DNA of 64,000 nt from the human T2T-CHM13v2.0 reference genome, Homo sapiens, in assembly GCF_009914755.1 (NCBI RefSeq), contig NC_060947.1; one strand, 5' to 3'. The position numbers and the translations under genes are program-made. Shown piece by piece: positions 22,286 to 36,680 of this stretch (positions are counted from its first letter, which is position 1; each line of letters begins with the position of its first letter). The notes beneath the pieces are model-generated. The model was not told the origin of the DNA. It did not search any database and saw only the letters and a list, made by a program, of their open reading frames with translations.

Positions 22286-25200
22286 AGCCCGCTAAATAGC
22301 CACTTGCACATTGTAGAAAAAGTGTGTCAAAGCTGCGCTATCAAAGGGAAAGTTCAACTCTGTGAGGTGAATGCAAACATCCCAAAGAAGTTTCTGAGAA
22401 TGCTTCCGTTTAGCTTTTAGGTGAAGATTATCCCGTTTCCAACGAAACCTTCAAAGAGGTCCAAATATCCCCTTGCGGATCCCACAGAAAGAGTGTTTCG
22501 AAACTGCTGTTTCAAAAGGAATCTTCAACTCTGTGAGTTGAATGCAATCATCACAAAGAAGTTTCTGACAATGCTTCTCTCTCGTCTTTCTGTGAAGATA
22601 AAGGAAAAGGCTTTCAGGCCTTTTCCACCACAGGCCTGAAAGCGCTCCAAATGTCCACTTGCAGATTCTGCGAAAAGAATATTTCAAAACTGCTCTATGA
22701 AAAGCAATGTTAAACTCTGTGGCTCGAACACAAACATCACAAAGCGGTTTCTGAGAATGCTTCAGTTTAGTTTTTCTGTGGAAATATTCCCGTTTCCAAA
22801 GAAATCTTCAAAGAGGTCCACGTATCCACTTACAGATTCTACAAAAAGACAGTTTCAAAACTGCTCCATCAAAAGGAGGGTTCAACCGTGTGACTTGAAT
22901 GCAATCATCACTCAGAAGTTTCTGAGAATGCTTCTCTTTAGTTTTTACGTGAACATATACCCGTTTCGAACGAAGGCCACCCAGTGGTCCAAATATCCAC
23001 TTGCAGATTCTACAGAAAGAGTGTTTCGAACCTGAACTCTCAAAGGCAGGTTCATCTCTGCGAGTTAAATGCATTCATCATGAAGAACTTTCTCAGAGTG
23101 TTTGTGTTTAGTTATGGGAAATTATTCCCGTTTCCAACGAAATCCTCAGAGAGCTCCAAATATCCACCTGCAGATTCTACCAAAAGTGTATTTGGAAACT
23201 GCTCCATCAAAAGGCATGTTCAGCTCTGTGAGTGAAACTCCATCATCACAAAGAATATTCTGAGAATGCTTCCGTTTGCCTTTTATATGAAGTTCCTTCC
23301 TGTACTACCGTAGGCCTCAAAGCAGTCCAAATCTCCATTTGCAGATTCTACAAAAAGAGTGATTCCAATCTGCTCTATCAATAGGATTGTTCAACTCCAT
23401 GAGTTGAATGCCATCCTCACAAAGTAGTTTCTGAGAATGCTTCTATCTGGTTTTTGTGTGAAGATATTTCCTTTTCCACCACAGGCCTCAAAGCCCTCCA
23501 AACGTCCACTTGCAGATTCTCGAAAAAGAGTGTTTCATAGCTGCTCTTTCAAAAGGAAAGTTCAACTCTGGGAGTTGAATACAAACATCACAAAATAGTT
23601 TCCGAGAATGCTTCTGTTTAGTTTTTATGTGAAGATGATCCCGTTTCCAGTGAAATCTTCAAAGAGGTCCACATATCCCCTTGCAGATTCCAAAGAAAGA
23701 GGGTTTCAAAACTGCTCCATCAGAAGGATTGTTCAACTCTGTGAGTTGAATGCAGTCATCGCAGAAAACTTTCTGAGAATGCTTCTGTCTAGGTTTGATG
23801 TGAAGATATAGACGTTTCAAACGAAGGCTACAAAGTGGTCAAAATATACACTTGCAGATTCTACTACAAGGGTGTTGCAAACCTGAACTATCAAAGGAAG
23901 GTTCAACTCTGTGAGTTGAATACAAACATCACAAAGAATGTTCTGAGTTTGCTTCCGTTCAGTTATGGGAAGTTGATCCCGTTTCCAACGAAATCCTCAG
24001 AGAGGTCCAAATATCCCCTCGCAGATTCTACAAAACATGTGTTTGGAAACTGCTCCATCATAACGAATGTTCAGCTCCCTGAGTTAAACTCCATCGTCAC
24101 AAAGAATTTTCTGAGAGTGCTACCGTCTGGTTTTTATATGAAGTTCTTTCCTTCACTACCACAGGCCTCAAAGCGGTCCAAATCTCCACTTGCAGATTCT
24201 ACAAAAAGAGTGTTTGCAAACTGCTCTATCAAAAGGAATGTTCAACTCTGGGAGTTGAATGCAATCATCACAGAGCAGTTTCTGAGAATGCTTCTATGTC
24301 GTTTTTAGGAGAAGATATTTCCTTTTCCAACACAGTCCTCCAAGCCCGCTAAATAGCCACTTGCACATTGTAGAAAAAGTGTGTCAAAGCTGCGCTATCA
24401 AAGGGAAAGTTCAACTCTGTGAGGTGAATGCAAACATCCCAAAGAAGTTTCTGAGAATGCTTCCGTTTAGCTTTTAGGTGAAGATTATCCCGTTTCCAAC
24501 GAAACCTTCAAAGAGGTCCAAATATCCCCTTGCGGATCCCACAGAAAGAGTGTTTCGAAACTGCTGTTTCAAAAGGAATCTTCAACTCTGTGAGTTGAAT
24601 GCAATCATCACAAAGAAGTTTCTGACAATGCTTCTCTCTCGTCTTTCTGTGAAGATAAAGGAAAAGGCTTTCAGGCCTTTTCCACCACAGGCCTGAAAGC
24701 GCTCCAAATGTCCACTTGCAGATTCTGCCAAAAGAATATTTCAAAACTGCTCTATGAAAAGCAATGTTAAACTCTGCGGCTCGAACACAAACATCACAAA
24801 GCGGTTTCTGAGAATGCTTCAGTTTAGTTTTTCTGTGGAAATATTCCCGTTTCCAAAGAAATCTTCAAAGAGGTCCACGTATCCACTTACAGATTCTACA
24901 AAAAGACAGTTTCAAAACTGCTCCATCAAAAGGAGGGTTCAACCGTGTGACTTGAATGCAATCATCACTCAGAAGTTTCTGAGAATGCTTCTCTTTAGTT
25001 TTTACGTGAACATATACCCGTTTCGAACGAAGGCCACCCAGTGGTCCAAATATCCACTTGCAGATTATACAGAAAGAGTGTTTCGAACCTGAACTCTCAA
25101 AGGCAGGTTCATCTCTGCGAGTTAAATGCATTCATCATGAAGAACTTTCTCAGAGTGTTTGTGTTTAGTTATGGGAAATTATTCCCGTTTCCAACGAAAT

Positions 25201-28200
25201 CCTCAGAGAGCTCCAAATATCCACCTGCAGATTCTACCAAAAGTGTATTTGGAAACTGCTCCATCAAAAGGCATGTTCAGCTCTGTGAGTGAAACTCCAT
25301 CATCACAAAGAATATTCTGAGAATGCTTCCGTTTGCCTTTTATATGAAGTTCCTTCCTGTACTACCGTAGGCCTCAAAGCAGTCCAAATCTCCATTTGCA
25401 GATTCTATAAAAAGAGTGATTCCAATCTGCTCTATCAATAGGATTGTTCAACTCCATGAGTTGAATGCCATCCTCACAAAGTAGTTTCTGAGAATGCTTC
25501 TATCTGGTTTTTGTGTGAAGATATTTCCTTTTCCACCACAGGCCTCAAAGCCCTCCAAACGTCCACTTGCAGATTCTCGAAAAAGAGTGTTTCATAGCTG
25601 CTCTTTCCAAAGGAAAGTTCAACTCTGGGAGTTGAATACAAACATCACAAAGTAGTTTCCGAGAATGCTTCTGTTTAGTTTTTATGTGAAGATGATCCCG
25701 TTTCCAGTGAAATCTTCAAAGAGGTCCACATATCCCCTTGCAGATTCCAAAGAAAGAGGGTTTCAAAACTGCTCCATCAGAAGGATTGTTCAACTCTGTG
25801 AGTTGAATGCAGTCATCGCAGAAAACTTTCTGAGAAAGCTTCTGTCTAGGTTTGATGTGAAGATATAGACGTTTCAAACGAAGGCTACAAAGTGGTCAAA
25901 ATATACACTTGCAGATTCTACTACAAGGGTGTTGCAAACCTGAACTATCAAAGGAAGGTTCAACTCTGTGAGTTGAATACAAACATCACAAAGAATGTTC
26001 TGAGTTTGCTTCCGTTCAGTTATGGGAAGTTGATCCCGTTTCCAAAGAAATCCTCAGAGAGGTCCAAATATCCCCTCGCAGATTCTACAAAACGTGTGTT
26101 TGGAAACTGCTCCATCATAACGAATGTTCAGCTCCCTGAGTTAAACTCCATCGTCACAAAGAATTTTCTGAGAGTGCTACCGTCTGGTTTTTATATGAAG
26201 TTCTTTCCTTCACTACCACAGGCCTCAAAGCGGTCCAAATCTCCACTTGCAGATTCTACAAAAAGAGTGCAAACTGCTCTATCAAAAGGAATGTTCAACT
26301 CTGGGAGTTGAATGCAATCATCACAGAGCAGTTTCTGAGAATGCTTCTATGTCGTTTTTAGGAGAAGATATTTCCTTTTCCAACACAGTCCTCCAAGCCC
26401 GCTAAATAGCCACTTGCACATTGTAGAAAAAGTGTGTCAAAGCTGCGCTATCAAAGGGAAAGTTCAACTCTGTGAGGTGAATGCAAACATCCCAAAGAAG
26501 TTTCTGAGAATGCTTCCGTTTAGCTTTTAGGTGAAGATTATCCCGTTTCCAACGAAACCTTCAAAGAGGTCCAAATATCCTCTTGCGGATCCCACAGAAA
26601 GAGTGTTTCGAAACTGCTGTTTCAAAAGGAATCTTCAACTCTGTGAGTTGAATGCAATCATCACAAAGAAGTTTCTGACAATGCTTCTCTCTCGTCTTTC
26701 TGTGAAGATAAAGGAAAAGGCTTTCAGGCCTTTTCCACCACAGGCCTGAAAGCGCTCCAAATGTCCACTTGCAGATTCTGCGAAAAGAATATTTCAAAAC
26801 TGCTCTATGAAAAGCAATGTTAAACTCTGTGGCTCGAACACAAACATCACAAAGCGGTTTCTGAGAATGCTTCAGTTTAGTTTTTCTGTGGAAATATTCC
26901 CGTTTCCAAAGAAATCTTCAAAGAGGTCCACGTATCCACTTACAGATTCTACAAAAAGACAGTTTCAAAACTGCTCCATCAAAAGGAGGGTTCAACCGTG
27001 TGACTTGAATGCAATCATCACTCAGAAGTTTCTGAGAATGCTTCTCTTTAGTTTTTACGTGAACATATACCCGTTTCGAACGAAGGCCACCCAGTGGTCC
27101 AAATATCCACTTGCAGATTCTACAGAAAGAGTGTTTCGAACCTGAACTCTCAAAGGCAGGTTCATCTCTGCGAGTTAAATGCATTCATCATGAAGAACTT
27201 TCTCAGAGTGTTTGTGTTTAGTTATGGGAAATTATTCCCGTTTCCAACGAAATCCTCAGAGAGCTCCAAATATCCACCTGCAGATTCTACCAAAAGTGTA
27301 TTTGGAAACTGCTCCATCAAAAGGCATGTTCAGCTCTGTGAGTGAAACTCCATCATCACAAAGAATATTCTGAGAATGCTTCCGTTTGCCTTTTATATGA
27401 AGTTCCTTCCTGTACTACCGTAGGCCTCAAAGCAGTCCAAATCTCCATTTGCAGATTCTACAAAAAGAGTGATTCCAATCTGCTCTATCAATAGGATTGT
27501 TCAACTCCATGAGTTGAATGCCATCCTCACAAAGTAGTTTCTGAGAATGCTTCTATCTGGTTTTTGTGTGAAGATATTTCCTTTTCCACCACAGGCCTCA
27601 AAGCCCTCCAAACGTCCACTTGCAGATTCTCGAAAAAGAGTGTTTCATAGCTGCTCTTTCAAAAGGAAAGTTCAACTCTGGGAGTTGAATACAAACATCA
27701 CAAAATAGTTTCCGAGAATGCTTCTGTTTAGTTTTTATGTGAAGATGATCCCGTTTCCAGTGAAATCTTCAAAGAGGTCCACATATCCCCTTGCAGATTC
27801 CAAAGAAAGAGGGTTTCAAAACTGCTCCATCAGAAGGATTGTTCAACTCTGTGAGTTGAATGCAGTCATCGCAGAAAACTTTCTGAGAATGCTTCTGTCT
27901 AGGTTTGATGTGAAGATATAGACGTTTCAAACGAAGGCTACAAAGTGGTCAAAATATACACTTGCAGATTCTACTACAAGGGTGTTGCAAACCTGAACTA
28001 TCAAAGGAAGGTTCAACTCTGTGAGTTGAATACAAACATCACAAAGAATGTTCTGAGTTTGCTTCCGTTCAGTTATGGGAAGTTGATCCCGTTTCCAACG
28101 AAATCCTCAGAGAGGTCCAAATATTCCCTCGCAGATTCTACAAAACGTGTGTTTGGAAACTGCTCCATCATAACGAATGTTCAGCTCCCTGAGTTAAACT

Positions 28201-30509
28201 CCATCGTCACAAAGAATTTTCTGAGAGTGCTACCGTCTGGTTTTTATATGAAGTTCTTTCCTTCACTACCACAGGCCTCAAAGCGGTCCAAATCTCCACT
28301 TGCAGATTCTACAAAAAGAGTGTTTGCAAACTGCTCTATCAAAAGGAATGTTCAACTCTGGGAGTTGAATGCAATCATCACAGAGCAGTTTCTGAGAATG
28401 CTTCTATGTCGTTTTTAGGAGAAGATATTTCCTTTTCCAACACAGTCCTCCAAGCCCGCTAAATAGCCACTTGCACATTGTAGAAAAAGTGTGTCAAAGC
28501 TGCGCTATCAAAGGGAAAGTTCAACTCTGTGAGGTGAATGCAAACATCCCAAAGAAGTTTCTGAGAATGCTTCCGTTTAGCTTTTAGGTGAAGATTATCC
28601 CGTTTCCAACGAAACCTTCAAAGAGGTCCAAATATCCCCTTGCGGATCCCACAGAAAGAGTGTTTCGAAACTGCTGTTTCAAAAGGAATCTTCAACTCTG
28701 TGAGTTGAATGCAATCATCACAAAGAAGTTTCTGACAATGCTTCTCTCTCGTCTTTCTGTGAAGATAAAGGAAAAGGCTTTCAGGCCTTTTCCACCACAG
28801 GCCTGAAAGCGCTCCAAATGTCCACTTGCAGATTCTGCCAAAAGAATATTTCAAAACTGCTCTATGAAAAGCAATGTTAAACTCTGCGGCTCGAACACAA
28901 ACATCACAAAGCGGTTTCTGAGAATGCTTCAGTTTAGTTTTTCTGTGGAAATATTCCCGTTTCCAAAGAAATCTTCAAAGAGGTCCACGTATCCACTTAC
29001 AGATTCTACAAAAAGACAGTTTCAAAACTGCTCCATCAAAAGGAGGGTTCAACCGTGTGACTTGAATGCAATCATCACTCAGAAGTTTCTGAGAATGCTT
29101 CTCTTTAGTTTTTACGTGAACATATACCCGTTTCGAACGAAGGCCACCCAGTGGTCCAAATATCCACTTGCAGATTATACAGAAAGAGTGTTTCGAACCT
29201 GAACTCTCAAAGGCAGGTTCATCTCTGCGAGTTAAATGCATTCATCATGAAGAACTTTCTCAGAGTGTTTGTGTTTAGTTATGGGAAATTATTCCCGTTT
29301 CCAACGAAATCCTCAGAGAGCTCCAAATATCCACCTGCAGATTCTACCAAAAGTGTATTTGGAAACTGCTCCATCAAAAGGCATGTTCAGCTCTGTGAGT
29401 GAAACTCCATCATCACAAAGAATATTCTGAGAATGCTTCCGTTTGCCTTTTATATGAAGTTCCTTCCTGTACTACCGTAGGCCTCAAAGCAGTCCAAATC
29501 TCCATTTGCAGATTCTATAAAAAGAGTGATTCCAATCTGCTCTATCAATAGGATTGTTCAACTCCATGAGTTGAATGCCATCCTCACAAAGTAGTTTCTG
29601 AGAATGCTTCTATCTGGTTTTTGTGTGAAGATATTTCCTTTTCCACCACAGGCCTCAAAGCCCTCCAAACGTCCACTTGCAGATTCTCGAAAAAGAGTGT
29701 TTCATAGCTGCTCTTTCCAAAGGAAAGTTCAACTCTGGGAGTTGAATACAAACATCACAAAGTAGTTTCCGAGAATGCTTCTGTTTAGTTTTTATGTGAA
29801 GATGATCCCGTTTCCAGTGAAATCTTCAAAGAGGTCCACATATCCCCTTGCAGATTCCAAAGAAAGAGGGTTTCAAAACTGCTCCATCAGAAGGATTGTT
29901 CAACTCTGTGAGTTGAATGCAGTCATCGCAGAAAACTTTCTGAGAAAGCTTCTGTCTAGGTTTGATGTGAAGATATAGACGTTTCAAACGAAGGCTACAA
30001 AGTGGTCAAAATATACACTTGCAGATTCTACTACAAGGGTGTTGCAAACCTGAACTATCAAAGGAAGGTTCAACTCTGTGAGTTGAATACAAACATCACA
30101 AAGAATGTTCTGAGTTTGCTTCCGTTCAGTTATGGGAAGTTGATCCCGTTTCCAAAGAAATCCTCAGAGAGGTCCAAATATCCCCTCGCAGATTCTACAA
30201 AACGTGTGTTTGGAAACTGCTCCATCATAACGAATGTTCAGCTCCCTGAGTTAAACTCCATCGTCACAAAGAATTTTCTGAGAGTGCTACCGTCTGGTTT
30301 TTATATGAAGTTCTTTCCTTCACTACCACAGGCCTCAAAGCGGTCCAAATCTCCACTTGCAGATTCTACAAAAAGAGTGTTTGCAAACTGCTCTATCAAA
30401 AGGAATGTTCAACTCTGGGAGTTGAATGCAATCATCACAGAGCAGTTTCTGAGAATGCTTCTATGTCGTTTTTAGGAGAAGATATTTCCTTTTCCAACAC
30501 AGTCCTCCA
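22286..30509 (-). repeat. Two copies of a two-HOR super-repeat (units 12/13 and 14/15)
   Basis: Units 13 and 15 share gagaaagctt, ctctttccaaagg, gattatac and the box-4 mutation. Units 12 and 14 lack all of them. Confidence 0.85.
24343..26395 (-). repeat. HOR unit with a 4-bp deletion (2053 bp)
   Basis: aaaagagtgcaaac at 26261-26274 versus consensus aaaagagtgtttgcaaac. ORF spacing 24478 to 26531 is 2053. Confidence 0.93.
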
Positions 30510-33500
30510 AGCCCGCTAAATAGCCACTTGCACATTGTAGAAAAAGTGTGTCAAAGCTGCGCTATCAAAGGGAAAGTTCAACTCTGTGAGGTGAATGCAA
30601 ACATCCCAAAGAAGTTTCTGAGAATGCTTCCGTTTAGCTTTTAGGTGAAGATTATCCCGTTTCCAACGAAACCTTCAAAGAGGTCCAAATATCCCCTTGC
30701 GGATCCCACAGAAAGAGTGTTTCGAAACTGCTGTTTCAAAAGGAATCTTCAACTCTGTGAGTTGAATGCAATCATCACAAAGAAGTTTCTGACAATGCTT
30801 CTCTCTCGTCTTTCTGTGAAGATAAAGGAAAAGGCTTTCAGGCCTTTTCCACCACAGGCCTGAAAGCGCTCCAAATGTCCACTTGCAGATTCTGCCAAAA
30901 GAATATTTCAAAACTGCTCTATGAAAAGCAATGTTAAACTCTGCGGCTCGAACACAAACATCACAAAGCGGTTTCTGAGAATGCTTCAGTTTAGTTTTTC
31001 TGTGGAAATATTCCCGTTTCCAAAGAAATCTTCAAAGAGGTCCACGTATCCACTTACAGATTCTACAAAAAGACAGTTTCAAAACTGCTCCATCAAAAGG
31101 AGGGTTCAACCGTGTGACTTGAATGCAATCATCACTCAGAAGTTTCTGAGAATGCTTCTCTTTAGTTTTTACGTGAACATATACCCGTTTCGAACGAAGG
31201 CCACCCAGTGGTCCAAATATCCACTTGCAGATTCTACAGAAAGAGTGTTTCGAACCTGAACTCTCAAAGGCAGGTTCATCTCTGCGAGTTAAATGCATTC
31301 ATCATGAAGAACTTTCTCAGAGTGTTTGTGTTTAGTTATGGGAAATTATTCCCGTTTCCAACGAAATCCTCAGAGAGCTCCAAATATCCACCTGCAGATT
31401 CTACCAAAAGTGTATTTGGAAACTGCTCCATCAAAAGGCATGTTCAGCTCTGTGAGTGAAACTCCATCATCACAAAGAATATTCTGAGAATGCTTCCGTT
31501 TGCCTTTTATATGAAGTTCCTTCCTGTACTACCGTAGGCCTCAAAGCAGTCCAAATCTCCATTTGCAGATTCTATAAAAAGAGTGATTCCAATCTGCTCT
31601 ATCAATAGGATTGTTCAACTCCATGAGTTGAATGCCATCCTCACAAAGTAGTTTCTGAGAATGCTTCTATCTGGTTTTTGTGTGAAGATATTTCCTTTTC
31701 CACCACAGGCCTCAAAGCCCTCCAAACGTCCACTTGCAGATTCTCGAAAAAGAGTGTTTCATAGCTGCTCTTTCAAAAGGAAAGTTCAACTCTGGGAGTT
31801 GAATACAAACATCACAAAATAGTTTCCGAGAATGCTTCTGTTTAGTTTTTATGTGAAGATGATCCCGTTTCCAGTGAAATCTTCAAAGAGGTCCACATAT
31901 CCCCTTGCAGATTCCAAAGAAAGAGGGTTTCAAAACTGCTCCATCAGAAGGATTGTTCAACTCTGTGAGTTGAATGCAGTCATCGCAGAAAACTTTCTGA
32001 GAATGCTTCTGTCTAGGTTTGATGTGAAGATATAGACGTTTCAAACGAAGGCTACAAAGTGGTCAAAATATACACTTGCAGATTCTACTACAAGGGTGTT
32101 GCAAACCTGAACTATCAAAGGAAGGTTCAACTCTGTGAGTTGAATACAAACATCACAAAGAATGTTCTGAGTTTGCTTCCGTTCAGTTATGGGAAGTTGA
32201 TCCCGTTTCCAACGAAATCCTCAGAGAGGTCCAAATATCCCCTTGCAGATTCTACAAAACGTGTGTTTGGAAACTGCTCCATCATAACGAATGTTCAGCT
32301 CCCTGAGTTAAACTCCATCGTCACAAAGAATTTTCTGAGAGTGCTACCGTCTGGTTTTTATATGAAGTTCTTTCCTTCACTACCACAGGCCTCAAAGCGG
32401 TCCAAATCTCCACTTGCAGATTCTACAAAAAGAGTGTTTGCAAACTGCTCTATCAAAAGGAATGTTCAACTCTGGGAGTTGAATGCAATCATCACAGAGC
32501 AGTTTCTGAGAATGCTTCTATGTCGTTTTTAGGAGAAGATATTTCCTTTTCCAACACAGTCCTCCAAGCCCGCTAAATAGCCACTTGCACATTGTAGAAA
32601 AAGTGTGTCGAAGCTGCGCTATCAAAGGGAAAGTTCAACTCTGTGAGGTGAATGCAAACATCCCAAAGAAGTTTCTGAGAATGCTTCCGTTTAGCTTTTA
32701 GGTGAAGATTATCCCGTTTCCAACGAAACCTTCAAAGAGGTCCAAATATCCCCTTGCGGATCCCACAGAAAGAGTGTTTCGAAACTGCTGTTTCAAAAGG
32801 AATCTTCAACTCTGTGAGTTGAATGCAATCATCACAAAGAAGTTTCTGACAATGCTTCTCTCTCGTCTTTCTGTGAAGATAAAGGAAAAGGCTTTCAGGC
32901 CTTTGCCACCACAGGCCTGAAAGCGCTCCAAATGTCCACTTGCAGATTCTGCGAAAAGAATATTTCAAAACTGCTCTATGAAAAGCAATGTTAAACTCTG
33001 TGGCTCGAACACAAACATCACAAAGCGGTTTCTGAGAGTGCTTCAGTTTAGTTTTTCTGTGGAAATATTCCCGTTTCCAAAGAAATCTTCAAAGAGGTCC
33101 ACGTATCCACTTACAGATTCTACAAAAAGACAGTTTCAAAACTGCTCCATCAAAAGGAGGGTTCAACTGTGTGACTTGAATGCAATCATCACTCAGAAGT
33201 TTCTGAGAATGCTTCTCTTTAGTTTTTACGTGAACATATACCCGTTTCGAACGAAGGCCACCCAGTGGTCCAAATATCCACTTGCAGATTCTACAGAAAG
33301 AGTGTTTCGAACCTGAACTCTCAAAGGCAGGTTCATCTCTGCGAGTTAAATGCATTCATCATGAAGAACTTTCTCAGAGTGTTTGTGTTTAGTTATGGGA
33401 AATTATTCCCGTTTCCAACGAAATCCTCAGAGAGCTCCAAATATCCACCTGCAGATTCTACCAAAAGTGTATTTGGAAACTGCTCCATCAAAAGGCATGT

Positions 33501-36500
33501 TCAGCTCTGTGAGTGAAACTCCATCATCACAAAGAATATTCTGAGAATGCTTCCGTTTGCCTTTTATATGAAGTTCCTTCCTGTACTACCGTAGGCCTCA
33601 AAGCAGTCCAAATCTCCATTTGCAGATTCTATAAAAAGAGTGATTCCAATCTGCTCTATCAATAGGATTGTTCAACTCCATGAGTTGAATGCCATCCTCA
33701 CAAAGTAGTTTCTGAGAATGCTTCTATCTGGTTTTTGTGTGAAGATATTTCCTTTTCCACCACAGGCCTCAAAGCCCTCCAAACGTCCACTTGCAGATTC
33801 TCGAAAAAGAGTGTTTCATAGCTGCTCTTTCAAAAGGAAAGTTCAACTCTGGGAGTTGAATACAAACATCACAAAGTAGTTTCCGAGAATGCTTCTGTTT
33901 AGTTTTTATGTGAGGATGATCCCGTTTCCAGTGAAATCTTCAAAGAGGTCCACATATCCCCTTGCAGATTCCAAAGAAAGAGGGTTTCAAAACTGCTCCA
34001 TCAGAAGGATTGTTCAACTCTGTGAGTTGAATGCAGTCATCGCAGAAAACTTTCTGAGAATGCTTCTGTCTAGGTTTGATGTGAAGATATAGACGTTTCA
34101 AACGAAGGCTACAAAGTGGTCAAAATATACACTTGCAGATTCTACTACAAGGGTGTTGCAAACCTGAACTATCAAAGGAAGGTTCAACTCTGTGAGTTGA
34201 ATACAAACATCACAAAGAATGTTCTGAGTTTGCTTCCGTTCAGTTATGGGAAGTTGATCCCGTTTCCAACGAAATCCTCAGAGAGGTCCAAATATCCCCT
34301 CGCAGATTCTACAAAACGTGTGTTTGGAAACTGCTCCATCATAACGAATGTTCAGCTCCCTGAGTTAAACTCCATCGTCACAAAGAATTTTCTGAGAGTG
34401 CTACCGTCTGGTTTTTATATGAAGTTCTTTCCTTCACTACCACAGGCCTCAAAGCGGTCCAAATCTCCACTTGCAGATTCTACAAAAAGAGTGTTTGCAA
34501 ACTGCTCTATCAAAAGGAATGTTCAACTCTGGGAGTTGAATGCAATCATCACAGAGCAGTTTCTGAGAATGCTTCTATGTCGTTTTTAGGAGAAGATATT
34601 TCCTTTTCCAACACAGTCCTCCAAGCCCGCTAAATAGCCACTTGCACATTGTAGAAAAAGTGTGTCAAAGCTGCGCTATCAAAGGGAAAGTTCAACTCTG
34701 TGAGGTGAATGCAAACATCCCAAAGAAGTTTCTGAGAATGCTTCCGTTTAGCTTTTAGGTGAAGATTATCCCGTTTCCAACGAAACCTTCAAAGAGGTCC
34801 AAATATCCCCTTGCGGATCCCACAGAAAGAGTGTTTCGAAACTGCTGTTTCAAAAGGAATCTTCAACTCTGTGAGTTGAATGCAATCATCACAAAGAAGT
34901 TTCTGACAATGCTTCTCTCTCGTCTTTCTGTGAAGATAAAGGAAAAGGCTTTCAGGCCTTTGCCACCACAGGCCTGAAAGCGCTCCAAATGTCCACTTGC
35001 AGATTCTGCCAAAAGAATATTTCAAAACTGCTCTATGAAAAGCAATGTTAAACTCTGTGGCTCGAACACAAACATCACAAAGCGGTTTCTGAGAATGCTT
35101 CAGTTTAGTTTTTCTGTGGAAATATTCCCGTTTCCAAAGAAATCTTCAAAGAGGTCCACGTATCCACTTACAGATTCTACAAAAAGACAGTTTCAAAACT
35201 GCTCCATCAAAAGGAGGGTTCAACCGTGTGACTTGAATGCAATCATCACTCAGAAGTTTCTGAGAATGCTTCTCTTTAGTTTTTACGTGAACATATACCC
35301 GTTTCGAACGAAGGCCACCCAGTGGTCCAAATATCCACTTGCAGATTATACAGAAAGAGTGTTTCGAACCTGAACTCTCAAAGGCAGGTTCATCTCTGCG
35401 GGTTAAAAGCATTCATCATGAAGAACTTTCTCAGAGTGTTTGTGTTTAGTTATGGGAAATTATTCCCGTTTCCAACGAAATCCTCAGAGAGCTCCAAATA
35501 TCCACCTGCAGATTCTACCAAAAGTGTATTTGGAAACTGCTCCATCAAAAGGCATGTTCAGCTCTGTGAGTGAAACTCCATCATCACAAAGAATATTCTG
35601 AGAATGCTTCCGTTTGCCTTTTATATGAAGTTCCTTCCTGTACTACCGTAGGCCTCAAAGCAGTCCAAATCTCCATTTGCAGATTCTATAAAAAGAGTGA
35701 TTCCAATCTGCTCTATCAATAGGATTGTTCAACTCCATGAGTTGAATGCCATCCTCACAAAGTAGTTTCTGAGAATGCTTCTATCTGGTTTTTGTGTGAA
35801 GATATTTCCTTTTCCACCACAGGCCTCAAAGCCCTCCAAACGTCCACTTGCAGATTCTCGAAAAAGAGTGTTTCATAGCTGCTCTTTCAAAAGGAAAGTT
35901 CAACTCTGGGAGTTGAATACAAACATCACAAAGTAGTTTCCGAGAATGCTTCTGTTTAGTTTTTATGTGAAGATGATCCCGTTTCCAGTGAAATCTTCAA
36001 AGAGGTCCACATATCCCCTTGCAGATTCCAAAGAAAGAGGGTTTCAAAACTGCTCCATCAGAAGGATTGTTCAACTCTGTGAGTTGAATGCAGTCATCGC
36101 AGAAAACTTTCTGAGAATGCTTCTGTCTAGGTTTGATGTGAAGATATAGACGTTTCAAACGAAGGCTACAAAGTGGTCAAAATATACACTTGCAGATTCT
36201 ACTACAAGGGTGTTGCAAACCTGAACTATCAAAGGAAGGTTCAACTCTGTGACTTGAATACAAACATCACAAAGAATGTTCTGAGTTTGCTTCCGTTCAG
36301 TTATGGGAAGTTGATCCCGTTTCCAACGAAATCCTCAGAGAGGTCCAAATATCCCCTCGCAGATTCTACAAAACGTGTGTTTGGAAACTGCTCCATCATA
36401 ACGAATGTTCAGCTCCCTGAGTTAAACTCCATCGTCACAAAGAATTTTCTGAGAGTGCTACCGTCTGGTTTTTATATGAAGTTCTTTCCTTCACTACCAC

Positions 36501-36680
36501 AGGCCTCAAAGCGGTCCAAATCTCCACTTGCAGATTCTACAAAAAGAGTGTTTGCAAACTGCTCTATCAAAAGGATTGTTCAACTCTGGGAGTTGAATGC
36601 AATCATCACAGAGCAGTTTCTGAGAATGCTTCTATGTCGTTTTTAGGAGAAGATATTTCCTTTTCCAACACAGTCCTCCA

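Noticed and set aside
25892-26311. Frameshifted 139-aa version of the 157-aa ORF (pseudogene-like)
   Set aside because: It is caused by the 4-bp satellite deletion, and the parent ORF is not a gene.
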